The notes below the pieces were generated by a model. That model did no database searches. It saw only the letters and a list, made by a program, of their open reading frames with translations, and was not told the origin of the DNA. A stretch of DNA of 64,000 nucleotides from a virus (Duplodnaviria > Caudoviricetes): positions 4,412 through 68,411 of the IMG/VR virus record IMGVR_UViG_3300011008_001623; one strand, 5' to 3'. Positions 36,512-45,444 of the stretch are shown piece after piece (position 1 is the stretch's first letter; the number at the start of each line of letters is the position of its first letter). The position numbers and the translations under genes were made by a program.

Positions 36512-39500
36512 ATGTATAAATTTACTCAGATTGATAATAGTGTATTAACGAATACACCTGAAGTAAAAATTCCTGATTGGATAAATGATATTAATTTTAA
36601 AAAGCCAGTAGAATCACAGTTAAGTATTTCTCCAGATTATAGTATTATCAACCAACGTCATGTTATTGCAAATCGCAGTGATAATACAGCTTATACCAGA
36701 GAAATGAAATTATCATTTAATGACGAAATGCTTTGTACTTATGCAAAAGCAAAACTGTCATTAATGTTAAAAAATAAAAAATTCATTATTGAAGCTCAAC
36801 GTGTTAATAATAAAAATGTTGAGTTAGACATAGTATTTGAAAAAAATCCAGCAAAATATACTTTTCATTATCATGATGAAAATGGAAAAATCCAACCAGA
36901 AAAAACGTTTACAGCTAGTTGCAATAATGTTGTAAATGAATATCCATTTTCTACAGCTGGATTGGAAGATTCATTTGAAGACGTTCAAAATGGATTTTCA
37001 AAACAATCTAATCTCGTATTAGAACCGAATGGCTATACTGTCATGTCAAGATATGAAATAGTCAAGCGTTTTAATAATAGTATACAAAAAGCTTCTGAAG
37101 CTATAAATCAGAATCTTAAAGAAGGGAATATTGTAGGAGTTGGAAGTAATGAATATGCTTCTATTTATAATTTAGATTTGTTATTTCCTGATTTGAGGAA
37201 ACCATTTGAAGGAGAACAGGCACATACTACTGATTTTGTAGAAAATACTGTTTCTACTGATATTAATGAGAAAAAAACTGCCCAAAGACTAAGTCTAGAG
37301 GCTTCAATTAATAATCGCGATTTTACTGTAGAAAAAATCATTAAGTCAAAAAGAAACGATACGCATTTAGTAGTAACTGCTAAAATCTCCAACAATGGGA
37401 TTACTCATACTCCTACATTCAATTATAAAATTGAAAATGAAAAACCAATCCCTTATGCTGTAAAACTAAATAATAAAATCTATAAATATAATGATTTTAT
37501 TAAACAGATTAAACAGGCAAGCCGGCATATCAGTGAAAAGACTTCTGAAACATCTAATCAAAATCATTCTTATATTGGAACATATCGTAATTTATATGCT
37601 AAACTTGAAAATATTGTATCTAAATCGGTTGCTAAAAAATTAGTCAATTATTGGTTAGACCAAAATATGATTCAGTCTCATGATAGTGAAAAATACGCTT
37701 CCAATATGTCATTAAATGATCTATTAGATAAAACTGAAGATGTTTCTTATTTAACTGATAGTGAAGTGTCTGAATTAATTAGGTCTAAATCAAAATTTGG
37801 GTCTAATATGAAATTTTATCAAATGCTAATAAAAGACAACGATACACGTACAAATTTATTAGCTGATAGACTTGCAAGTAAAAATGAATCAATAAAAAAA
37901 CTAGTAAGTCAATATGATAAACATCCCGTTATTACTGATAATTATGTAACATTTAATTATAATGGAAAACAAGTTATTGGCAAATATCAGGACAATGATA
38001 TTATTTGTTTGATTAAAAACAAACAAATACCATTAAAAGATTTAAAGTCAGATTCTAAACTTCTTCAAGCATTTTTAAATGACAATAAAGAATCTCAAGG
38101 CAGAAAAATTATTATTACGACCGCAATGTTTCATAATAAATTAAAAGATTATATTAAAGAACAAGAGATAAATACTGTCATAGCTTATTTAGAAGATAAG
38201 AATAAACTTCAAAAAATTGATGAACATACTTATGTGTCTGAAAATGATTTTGATGAATTAATTAAAGACATAAATATTTCTCCTGATGAATCTATCAAAC
38301 AAGCTAATTTGGAAAAAGCAAATCGTTTAAGAAAAGCTTTTGAACTTTATCATTTAGAAGATAATGATACTAGAAATATAGAACTATTAGATAAACACAG
38401 TGAAGTTCTTGCTAGCATTAATCATTATTTGGGACAATATTTTGATAATTATAAGATTCAATATCTTACTAGTAAAGATATTAATATCAAATTTAATCAA
38501 AAATCCTTCTATACATCTTTAGATTATCAAGATGGAAAAATTGTTTCCGCTTCTTGTAAAATCGGAAAACATCTTATTCCCATTTCTCAAGTTCATGAAG
38601 CATTCAAACAAAACGAATTATTAAAACAATATCTGTCAGATCATAAAGCAAATGATTGTTATAATATAATCATCACTGCAAAATCCATTCATAATCAATT
38701 AGGTGATTATCTATCTGAAGATAATATTAATCAAACAATTTCTAATTTAATCAAACAAAATTATTTAGTGGAAATTGGAGTAGATAAATATGCATCGCAA
38801 TTTACGTTTGACGAATTATTGAATAAAGTGGATATTATTCCAGACAAATTTTTAAAAGCAGAACGATTAAAGAAAGCTAATCGTTTGCATGAAGCTTTTG
38901 AATTTTATCATTTAGAAGATAATGATACTAGAAATATAGAGTTATTAGATAACCGTCATGAAGTTCTTGCTAGTATTAATCGTTATCTGAATCAGTATTT
39001 CGATAATTATAAAATTCAGTATCTAACTGACGATACTATTAATGTTAAGTTTAACAAAAAATCCTTCTATACTAAATTGGAATACAAAGATGATAAAATT
39101 GTTTCTGCTTCTTGTAAAATTAAAAACAGAATGATTCCAATTACTCATGTTCATAACGCATTTAAGCAGAATGCATTGTTACGCCAATATCTTGCAGATA
39201 ATTATTCTGCAGACCACAAAGAAAATGATTATTCTATAATCATTACTGCTAAATCAATCCACGAAAAATTACATGATTATTTAGATGAATGTGATATTAA
39301 TGAATTAATCCAAGAATTGGTTAAAAAACACATGTTAATAGAAATTGGAACAGATAAATATGCTTCTAACAATTCATTTGATGATTTGATTCGAGATATT
39401 GATAAGATTAATCCTGATTTAAAATCAGAACATTTAAAATTAGCTAATCGATTAGAACAATATCAATCTCAAAAGATTACAGTTCAGGATTCGGATAATC

Positions 39501-40288
39501 GAAAAGTCAATAAAATTTTAACATTAAGTGATTGGAAAAATTTAATTTCAAAACCAATTTCAGATCATATTATTGTTGCAGAAATTTTAAATGCTTCTAT
39601 TTCTAAAAATGAAGCAGACGCAGAATTAAAGTTGTTTAATAATGATTTAGGAATACATAGTATCATCACTGCTAAATCTAAGATTGACAACGATAAATTT
39701 TCAGATATAAAGTATTTTGTAAATGGTAAAGAAGTATTGCCACAAGATACTTTTATAATAAATAGGTTAGCTAAAAAAGCATCAGAATTTCAAACCTCTT
39801 CTGATAATGCCATTATTTTTTCAAAACATGACCTTCAAAACAAACTTGCATTTTTAACTGATATTAATCAAATTAATACAGTTATTCAAAATTGGGAACA
39901 ATCTAATTTGATTTCTGATTTAGGAAATAATAAATATGCAAGTACACATACTATTACAGAATTAATTTCTTCTTCTAATTTAAAAGCTTATAGTGATGAA
40001 AAAATTTCTGATAATTATAAGCATGCAAATAAATCTAATGTAATGATTCCTAAATCTTATCACACTAATAATTTTGAAGCAAAAATGCTTTCTAGTGTAA
40101 AAGATGGAAAAACGTTAGATGAATTAAATGCTTTAAAAGAAAAAACTATAGCTTTAGCAAAACAATATGTAGATGAAAAAATTCTAACAGCTAATCGTTT
40201 TGACCAGATAAAATTAATGATTGAACAATCAAATGATGTTTCACAATTAAATCTTGCTTATAAGAAAATTGAAAGGTATAAATCATGA
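36512..40288 (+). CDS. 1258 aa protein with six ~185 aa modules
   Basis: (K/E/T)Y(A/V)S...(D/E)L(L/I) motifs at about 37151, 37691, 38228, 38786, 39356 and 39932. Confidence 0.85.
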   Translation: MYKFTQIDNSVLTNTPEVKIPDWINDINFKKPVESQLSISPDYSIINQRHVIANRSDNTAYTREMKLSFNDEMLCTYAKAKLSLMLKNKKFIIEAQRVNNKNVELDIVFEKNPAKYTFHYHDENGKIQPEKTFTASCNNVVNEYPFSTAGLEDSFEDVQNGFSKQSNLVLEPNGYTVMSRYEIVKRFNNSIQKASEAINQNLKEGNIVGVGSNEYASIYNLDLLFPDLRKPFEGEQAHTTDFVENTVSTDINEKKTAQRLSLEASINNRDFTVEKIIKSKRNDTHLVVTAKISNNGITHTPTFNYKIENEKPIPYAVKLNNKIYKYNDFIKQIKQASRHISEKTSETSNQNHSYIGTYRNLYAKLENIVSKSVAKKLVNYWLDQNMIQSHDSEKYASNMSLNDLLDKTEDVSYLTDSEVSELIRSKSKFGSNMKFYQMLIKDNDTRTNLLADRLASKNESIKKLVSQYDKHPVITDNYVTFNYNGKQVIGKYQDNDIICLIKNKQIPLKDLKSDSKLLQAFLNDNKESQGRKIIITTAMFHNKLKDYIKEQEINTVIAYLEDKNKLQKIDEHTYVSENDFDELIKDINISPDESIKQANLEKANRLRKAFELYHLEDNDTRNIELLDKHSEVLASINHYLGQYFDNYKIQYLTSKDINIKFNQKSFYTSLDYQDGKIVSASCKIGKHLIPISQVHEAFKQNELLKQYLSDHKANDCYNIIITAKSIHNQLGDYLSEDNINQTISNLIKQNYLVEIGVDKYASQFTFDELLNKVDIIPDKFLKAERLKKANRLHEAFEFYHLEDNDTRNIELLDNRHEVLASINRYLNQYFDNYKIQYLTDDTINVKFNKKSFYTKLEYKDDKIVSASCKIKNRMIPITHVHNAFKQNALLRQYLADNYSADHKENDYSIIITAKSIHEKLHDYLDECDINELIQELVKKHMLIEIGTDKYASNNSFDDLIRDIDKINPDLKSEHLKLANRLEQYQSQKITVQDSDNRKVNKILTLSDWKNLISKPISDHIIVAEILNASISKNEADAELKLFNNDLGIHSIITAKSKIDNDKFSDIKYFVNGKEVLPQDTFIINRLAKKASEFQTSSDNAIIFSKHDLQNKLAFLTDINQINTVIQNWEQSNLISDLGNNKYASTHTITELISSSNLKAYSDEKISDNYKHANKSNVMIPKSYHTNNFEAKMLSSVKDGKTLDELNALKEKTIALAKQYVDEKILTANRFDQIKLMIEQSNDVSQLNLAYKKIERYKS
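38320..39260 (+). repeat. 558-bp-period intragenic duplication
   Basis: CATTTAGAAGATAATGATACTAGAAATATAGA at 38351 and 38909. Confidence 0.85.
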
Positions 40289-40536
40289 AACGATTAAAAA
40301 AATGGTCGAAAATAGATTTAGAAGAATTAGAACAACAATACCAACGTCTACAAAAATCTGAAGACCCTGAAGATGAATTATATCAGCTAGAAGATGTTGT
40401 CAATGATGATAAAAAAACATTTTTTATCCAACCGGGGAATTTACTGGTCGAATATGATGATAATCTATATGATACTCAAATGAGACCAGGAATTCCTGGT
40501 TATTGGCAAGCAAGTGAAAGGTGGATATACCAATGA
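40285..40536 (+). CDS. small acidic protein with MKRLKK leader
   Basis: 83 aa, ATGA overlap. Confidence 0.8.
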   Translation: MKRLKKWSKIDLEELEQQYQRLQKSEDPEDELYQLEDVVNDDKKTFFIQPGNLLVEYDDNLYDTQMRPGIPGYWQASERWIYQ

Positions 40537-40883
40537 AACGTTTAGGGTCAAAACCAGTAAAAATCATAAATAGCTTTTTAAGTAAAGACGGAGCATATTA
40601 TGAATATTCTGTAAGATTATTAGGAAGAAGATTAATGTATTCTATTACATGTTTAAATGGATACGAATCATATTCTATTTATGATGGAGAAGATTTTGAA
40701 GACAGTTTTGAAATATTTAGTGAATTAGCAATGATTTTAAGAGGCTTATCATTTGCTGAACGATTTATCAAAACAAAAAATGATATTCAAAATAATATTG
40801 ATGAATTATATGATAAACAGCAAAATATGATGCTAAAAGTAAAACCATTATTCTTAGGAGACAGTGATTTCCCGACTGTATAG
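40533..40883 (+). CDS. small protein with MKRLG leader
   Basis: ATG 40533 (ATGA overlap) behind GAAAGGTGG. Confidence 0.75.
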   Translation: MKRLGSKPVKIINSFLSKDGAYYEYSVRLLGRRLMYSITCLNGYESYSIYDGEDFEDSFEIFSELAMILRGLSFAERFIKTKNDIQNNIDELYDKQQNMMLKVKPLFLGDSDFPTV

Positions 40884-40892
40884 GTGATTCAC

Positions 40893-41099
40893 ATGAAAAG
40901 ATTAAAAAAAGCAAGACCTATTACACATCGTCAAGTCCCCATTCAAGTTGGATTAGATTTTCCGACTTATGAGGAAATGATGCTGAATGATGGTGAAATA
41001 GAACCACAATTCAAAGAACCATTAAAATACTTTATAGAAAAAGATTGCGATAATCTAGAATGGCGATTACAACAAAGCTTCGATTCGCCTATGATTTAA
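40893..41099 (+). CDS. small acidic protein with MKRLKKA leader
   Basis: ATG 40893 behind AGGTGA. Confidence 0.75.
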   Translation: MKRLKKARPITHRQVPIQVGLDFPTYEEMMLNDGEIEPQFKEPLKYFIEKDCDNLEWRLQQSFDSPMI

Positions 41100-41112
41100 G
41101 GAGTGATGAATT

Positions 41113-42666
41113 TTGATTAGTTCTACAAGTAAACTGCCAAGCTGGTTAGAAAATTTTGCTTCTTTAATGAATAGCAAAAAAATGAAAGTAGCGGAGAATA
41201 ATGTTCAAAACTTGCCAACTTTTAATTGGAAAGATGAAACGTTTTATGTTCAATTAAATGATGATGGTGCAGACCTTTATAATAAATTTGCCACTGTAGT
41301 ACTTCATATTGATGATGCAAAGAGTGTTGAAGATGTTAGTAAATATTTTAATGATAATGCAATTACTGCAAGTACTAAATTTGAAGATGAAATTCCTGAT
41401 GATACACAGACTGAACAGCCACCAGTAGCCGAACCCCAAGTAGGTGAACCACAGGTGGGTGATGTAGTGACTGGTGAAGACGAAACCGGTGAAGAAGTGT
41501 TAGCTTCTGAAGAAGAATCTGATGATTTGCCATTTGAATTAAGTGAAGAAGATTTTGAACAAGTATCAGATGATGAAGCAGAGAAAATTCTTTCTGAAGA
41601 ACCAGAAGAAGTTCCTGAAGAATCAGATGAAGCTTCTGAAGAAATTCCAGCAGATATCGCTGAAGAATTATCTGAAATTGTAAATGATGAACCTCCAACA
41701 GAATCTGTAGAAGAAACTATTACTCCAGAACTTACTACAAATGAAGAAGTAGTAGTAGAAATGCCCGCAACTGCTATTGGTGGAGAAACTTTTGAGGGTG
41801 CTGGAGAACCAGTTCAGACTAATGAAATAATTGAGCATACTGAAGAAGTAAAAGAAGAAGTTGCTGAAGAAGGAGAAACATTAGTAGAGGAATTACATAA
41901 TATTCTTTCTACAGGCGAAGCTCCAGCCACTGAAGAACTTCAGTCTGAAGATAATGCAGTTCCAGAAAAGAATTTTGAAGAAATGCATGAAGCTTTAATT
42001 GAACGTATTGATACATTAGAAAATACAATTAATGAATTAAATGATACAATTGCAAGTTTAAAGAAAGATACTAAAATTGCTAAAAATAGATATAATCGAT
42101 TAAATAAAAAATATGCAGAACTTTATCGTGCATATCAAATTATTGATAACAATATGTATGATTTAAATAGCCAAGAAGAAGAAATGAAGCATGTAAATGA
42201 AAATGCCGAACTGACTCAGAAGGTTATTGATAAAGAACATGAATTAGATTTATCTAAAATGTCTGATAGAGGAAAATTAAATGCGGATTTTCTAAATGAT
42301 ATTTTAACTGAGGTTCAAGTTAGTCTTAATGATATTTCAGATGGCGTAGAACAAGCTATTGATACCGTGGTTGATGATAATATTGAACAACCAGACGAAG
42401 TTGTTCAGGACGTCCCTCAGGAAGTAGAAGTAATGGTCGAAGAGCCTATGGCTGAAGAACCCGTTGAAGAAAATCCTGAATTTGAAATTGTTTTATTAGA
42501 TGACCCACAACAGTTAAAAGAATTTGAAGACCAGTCTTGCCCATTCTGTCATGAACATGACTTAAAAGCTGGTAGTTCAAAAGAAAATGTAACGGAAGTA
42601 AAGTGCGCTTCTTGTAAGAAAATGTTTGCAGTTACTGGCGATAAGAAAGTCTTTTACAAGAAATAA
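41113..42666 (+). CDS. highly acidic coiled-coil protein with C-terminal Zn ribbon (scaffold/core-like)
   Basis: Glu-rich low complexity, coiled coil, CPFC...CASC. Confidence 0.7.
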   Translation: MISSTSKLPSWLENFASLMNSKKMKVAENNVQNLPTFNWKDETFYVQLNDDGADLYNKFATVVLHIDDAKSVEDVSKYFNDNAITASTKFEDEIPDDTQTEQPPVAEPQVGEPQVGDVVTGEDETGEEVLASEEESDDLPFELSEEDFEQVSDDEAEKILSEEPEEVPEESDEASEEIPADIAEELSEIVNDEPPTESVEETITPELTTNEEVVVEMPATAIGGETFEGAGEPVQTNEIIEHTEEVKEEVAEEGETLVEELHNILSTGEAPATEELQSEDNAVPEKNFEEMHEALIERIDTLENTINELNDTIASLKKDTKIAKNRYNRLNKKYAELYRAYQIIDNNMYDLNSQEEEMKHVNENAELTQKVIDKEHELDLSKMSDRGKLNADFLNDILTEVQVSLNDISDGVEQAIDTVVDDNIEQPDEVVQDVPQEVEVMVEEPMAEEPVEENPEFEIVLLDDPQQLKEFEDQSCPFCHEHDLKAGSSKENVTEVKCASCKKMFAVTGDKKVFYKK

Positions 42667-42680
42667 GGAGGAATAGATTA

Positions 42681-42893
42681 ATGTATATTCAAGGGAAAAA
42701 TGTATTCGCAATGATGAATGATGAAACATCTATTACGACTATGTTAACATATATGGGAGTTCAGCCTACACCAGAACGTGTAAGCGCTGCAGCTGCTCAA
42801 CTTGGCTCAAATTTTACCATGTCTGACCTTTATGAATTCCTCAAAAGCGAAGGAATTATGACTGGCGATAATCCAGTAGTAGATTTACGATAA
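42681..42893 (+). CDS. hypothetical protein
   Basis: 70 aa, AGGAGG RBS, followed by a terminator hairpin. Confidence 0.75.
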   Translation: MYIQGKNVFAMMNDETSITTMLTYMGVQPTPERVSAAAAQLGSNFTMSDLYEFLKSEGIMTGDNPVVDLR

Positions 42894-42977
42894 GAAGAAA
42901 CAAAGATGGAAATCAAATCCATCTTTTTCTTTTTAACTATTTACATGTAATAGGAATTTTGTTAAAATTAATAAGAG

Positions 42978-43499
42978 GTGAGTGATATGATCGCATATAA
43001 GTTGTTCAGAATTAAAAACGATAAATTGTACCCGTTGTATGTATTAGCTAATGATGAAGTTCCTATGCATACATGGCTTGAAGCACATCATGGAGAAATT
43101 ACCAATACCGGCAAAGTAAAAAGTAAATTAGGTGAATTAGCATATCGTCCTGGTTGGCATTGTTCAGAACGACCTGTCGCTGTTCATATTGGAGAGAAAA
43201 AAAATAAGGACGATGTATTATCTTCTTATCGTCCTAATGACCAAGTCTGGTGTGAAGTTGAAATTGATGATTCCATTAATTATCAGGAATTAGCTGATAA
43301 ACAAGGAAAATCTCCTAGAGATAAATGTTTGAAATGCATTCCTGAGAATGGATTCTATTACTATAAGACAAATCCGAATATGTTCGGAACTTGGATTATA
43401 GCGGGGAATATTAAAATTAATCGTATTTTAAACGATGACGAAGTTCATCAAATTAATGAGTCATATCATGATAACGTATTTGATTTACCAAGAAAATGA
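42978..43499 (+). CDS. hypothetical protein (early-type promoter at 42940-42968)
   Basis: YKLFR...LYPLYV and LAYRPGWH motifs. Confidence 0.8.
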   Translation: MSDMIAYKLFRIKNDKLYPLYVLANDEVPMHTWLEAHHGEITNTGKVKSKLGELAYRPGWHCSERPVAVHIGEKKNKDDVLSSYRPNDQVWCEVEIDDSINYQELADKQGKSPRDKCLKCIPENGFYYYKTNPNMFGTWIIAGNIKINRILNDDEVHQINESYHDNVFDLPRK

Positions 43500-43852
43500 G
43501 ATTAATAGATAAAATTAATAGAGAACGAAAAATTTTTGAACATTCATTAGCTAATTTTACTTTGAATGAATCAAACAAAATAAGATGTAGTAAATGTAAT
43601 AAGGTTATTTCTTTTTCTCGTGGTTTTTATTCAAAAGGTGCTTATTTTTCAACTTCATTAAATCATAAAAACTACTGTGGACAATGTCATTACGAATTAA
43701 TATGTATTCAAGATACTAGTGATTATCATATTCTTTATCGAGAAAATAATCTTGAAGTATGCATTTCGGGAGAACCAACGGGCACTTTATTTAATTTATT
43801 TCAAAAAAGATATTTAAAAAATAAGTTTTATGATTTTTTTATAGGGATATGA
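43496..43852 (+). CDS. Zn-finger hypothetical protein
   Basis: CSKC...CGQC. Confidence 0.7.
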   Translation: MRLIDKINRERKIFEHSLANFTLNESNKIRCSKCNKVISFSRGFYSKGAYFSTSLNHKNYCGQCHYELICIQDTSDYHILYRENNLEVCISGEPTGTLFNLFQKRYLKNKFYDFFIGI

Positions 43853-44858
43853 TTTCATTTGTATCTAAATCAATTTTAATTAAATTAGAATTTGTTTTAA
43901 GACATTGCTGAAAATAATCTTGTATATCATGTAATTTATCTGTTTTTGAAATAAAGACAATTACTTTCCAACCTAATTGATTTAATTGCTTATAACGATT
44001 TTCATCTTTTTGTTGAAATTCTAATTTTGTTATGGTATGAAAAACGTTTACAGATAAATCATGGCCACTCCCATTGTATTCAACCGCTACTTTTTCTAAT
44101 GGAAAAGCAATATCAATAACAAAATCTAATAACGGATAATTAAAGATTCCTCCGATTAAGGAGTGAATCTTTTTTTGTTGTTTAGAAGAAAAAACATGAT
44201 TATTGGGATTTGCTAATAATGTTTGTAATTGTTTTCGTTTTATTTCTTGACATTGTAAAGGATTTACATTTCCGTATAAAGAAATCATGATATTAGCAAT
44301 TTTTTCTTTTACAAAGTCAACTTTTAAAATGTTATTTACTCCATAACGTTCTAAACATGTTTGCTGAATTAATTTTTTTACATAATCTGACGCGATACTG
44401 TATTCATTATCATATCTTTCTAAACAAGTTAATTTGGTTTTTTCTTTTATTTTTTCACATTGCATTGGCCACTCCGTTCCATAACGTTCTAAATTTGTTT
44501 CTATCATTTTTTGTTTTGTTGATTCTAATTGAGATGCATATTTCATACCATAACGTTCTAAATTTGTTTGTTGTTGTTTTGCAATCATTTTTTGTATAAA
44601 TTCTGGAGTGTAATGTGATTTAAATAAACATTTTTTACATAAACATTCTTTTAAATCATTTCCAGTTCGAGAAAATGGCTTATTACATTCGTCACATATA
44701 CATTCAATTTTTACCATAGTATGAGGAAGTTTTTCTAGTAATTCTAATTGATTTACATTTACATATGTTACTCGTCCTTCTTTATATGTATTAGAAAATA
44801 ACTCTCTATCAGATTTTTTCTTTAATGGAACTTTTATGATTTTTGATAAAATTGGCAT
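43839..44858 (-). CDS. free-standing homing-endonuclease-like protein (LERYG repeats plus Vsr/PD-(D/E)xK-like domain)
   Basis: Zn finger CDEC/CKKC, five T(N/C)LERYG-type repeats, IDIAF...VEYNGSGH. Confidence 0.7.
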   Translation of the reverse strand: MPILSKIIKVPLKKKSDRELFSNTYKEGRVTYVNVNQLELLEKLPHTMVKIECICDECNKPFSRTGNDLKECLCKKCLFKSHYTPEFIQKMIAKQQQTNLERYGMKYASQLESTKQKMIETNLERYGTEWPMQCEKIKEKTKLTCLERYDNEYSIASDYVKKLIQQTCLERYGVNNILKVDFVKEKIANIMISLYGNVNPLQCQEIKRKQLQTLLANPNNHVFSSKQQKKIHSLIGGIFNYPLLDFVIDIAFPLEKVAVEYNGSGHDLSVNVFHTITKLEFQQKDENRYKQLNQLGWKVIVFISKTDKLHDIQDYFQQCLKTNSNLIKIDLDTNEIISL

Positions 44859-44978
44859 AAAATCGCTCCTTTTAATTTTTTATATGATAAAATTAAAATA
44901 AAATTTTCTTATCTATTATAAATAAAATGAATTTATTCTATTACAATATCAAAAGTAAAATTTTAAAGGAGAATAAAT

Positions 44979-45329
44979 ATGAAATACTCAAATGATGATT
45001 TAGATTTTGAATCAATCTTAAAAGATTTAGACGAAGAACATGAAGAAGAAGAAAAAGACTTATCTAGCGTAGTAGATGATGGTTCATTTACAAGTTATTT
45101 TGATGATGCTAAAATTTCTACTAAACGGAAAACTACTTTCAAACCCAAAAAGAAGAAAAAACAACAAAATGAATTTAAGATAGGAGAAACTGTTACATTT
45201 AGAAATAAAAAAGCTACTATAGTATTTGGACCTTATGAACGAAATTATAAAATTTTATATGAAATCCAGTTTGAAGATGGCAAGGTTATGGCAGCCACAA
45301 ATAATGGGTTAAAACCAATAGAGGAGTGA
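44979..45329 (+). CDS. hypothetical protein with SH3/KOW-like C-terminus
   Basis: FKIGETVTF...YEIQFEDG. Confidence 0.7.
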   Translation: MKYSNDDLDFESILKDLDEEHEEEEKDLSSVVDDGSFTSYFDDAKISTKRKTTFKPKKKKKQQNEFKIGETVTFRNKKATIVFGPYERNYKILYEIQFEDGKVMAATNNGLKPIEE

Positions 45330-45444
45330 TTCCTCTTTTTTTAATAAAGAAACATTTGTTGTGATATTTTATATATGAGTAAGATATAAAATTCCTATTA
45401 ATAATTATGAATAGAAATTTTTAAATGAAAGGATGTGAAAAATA

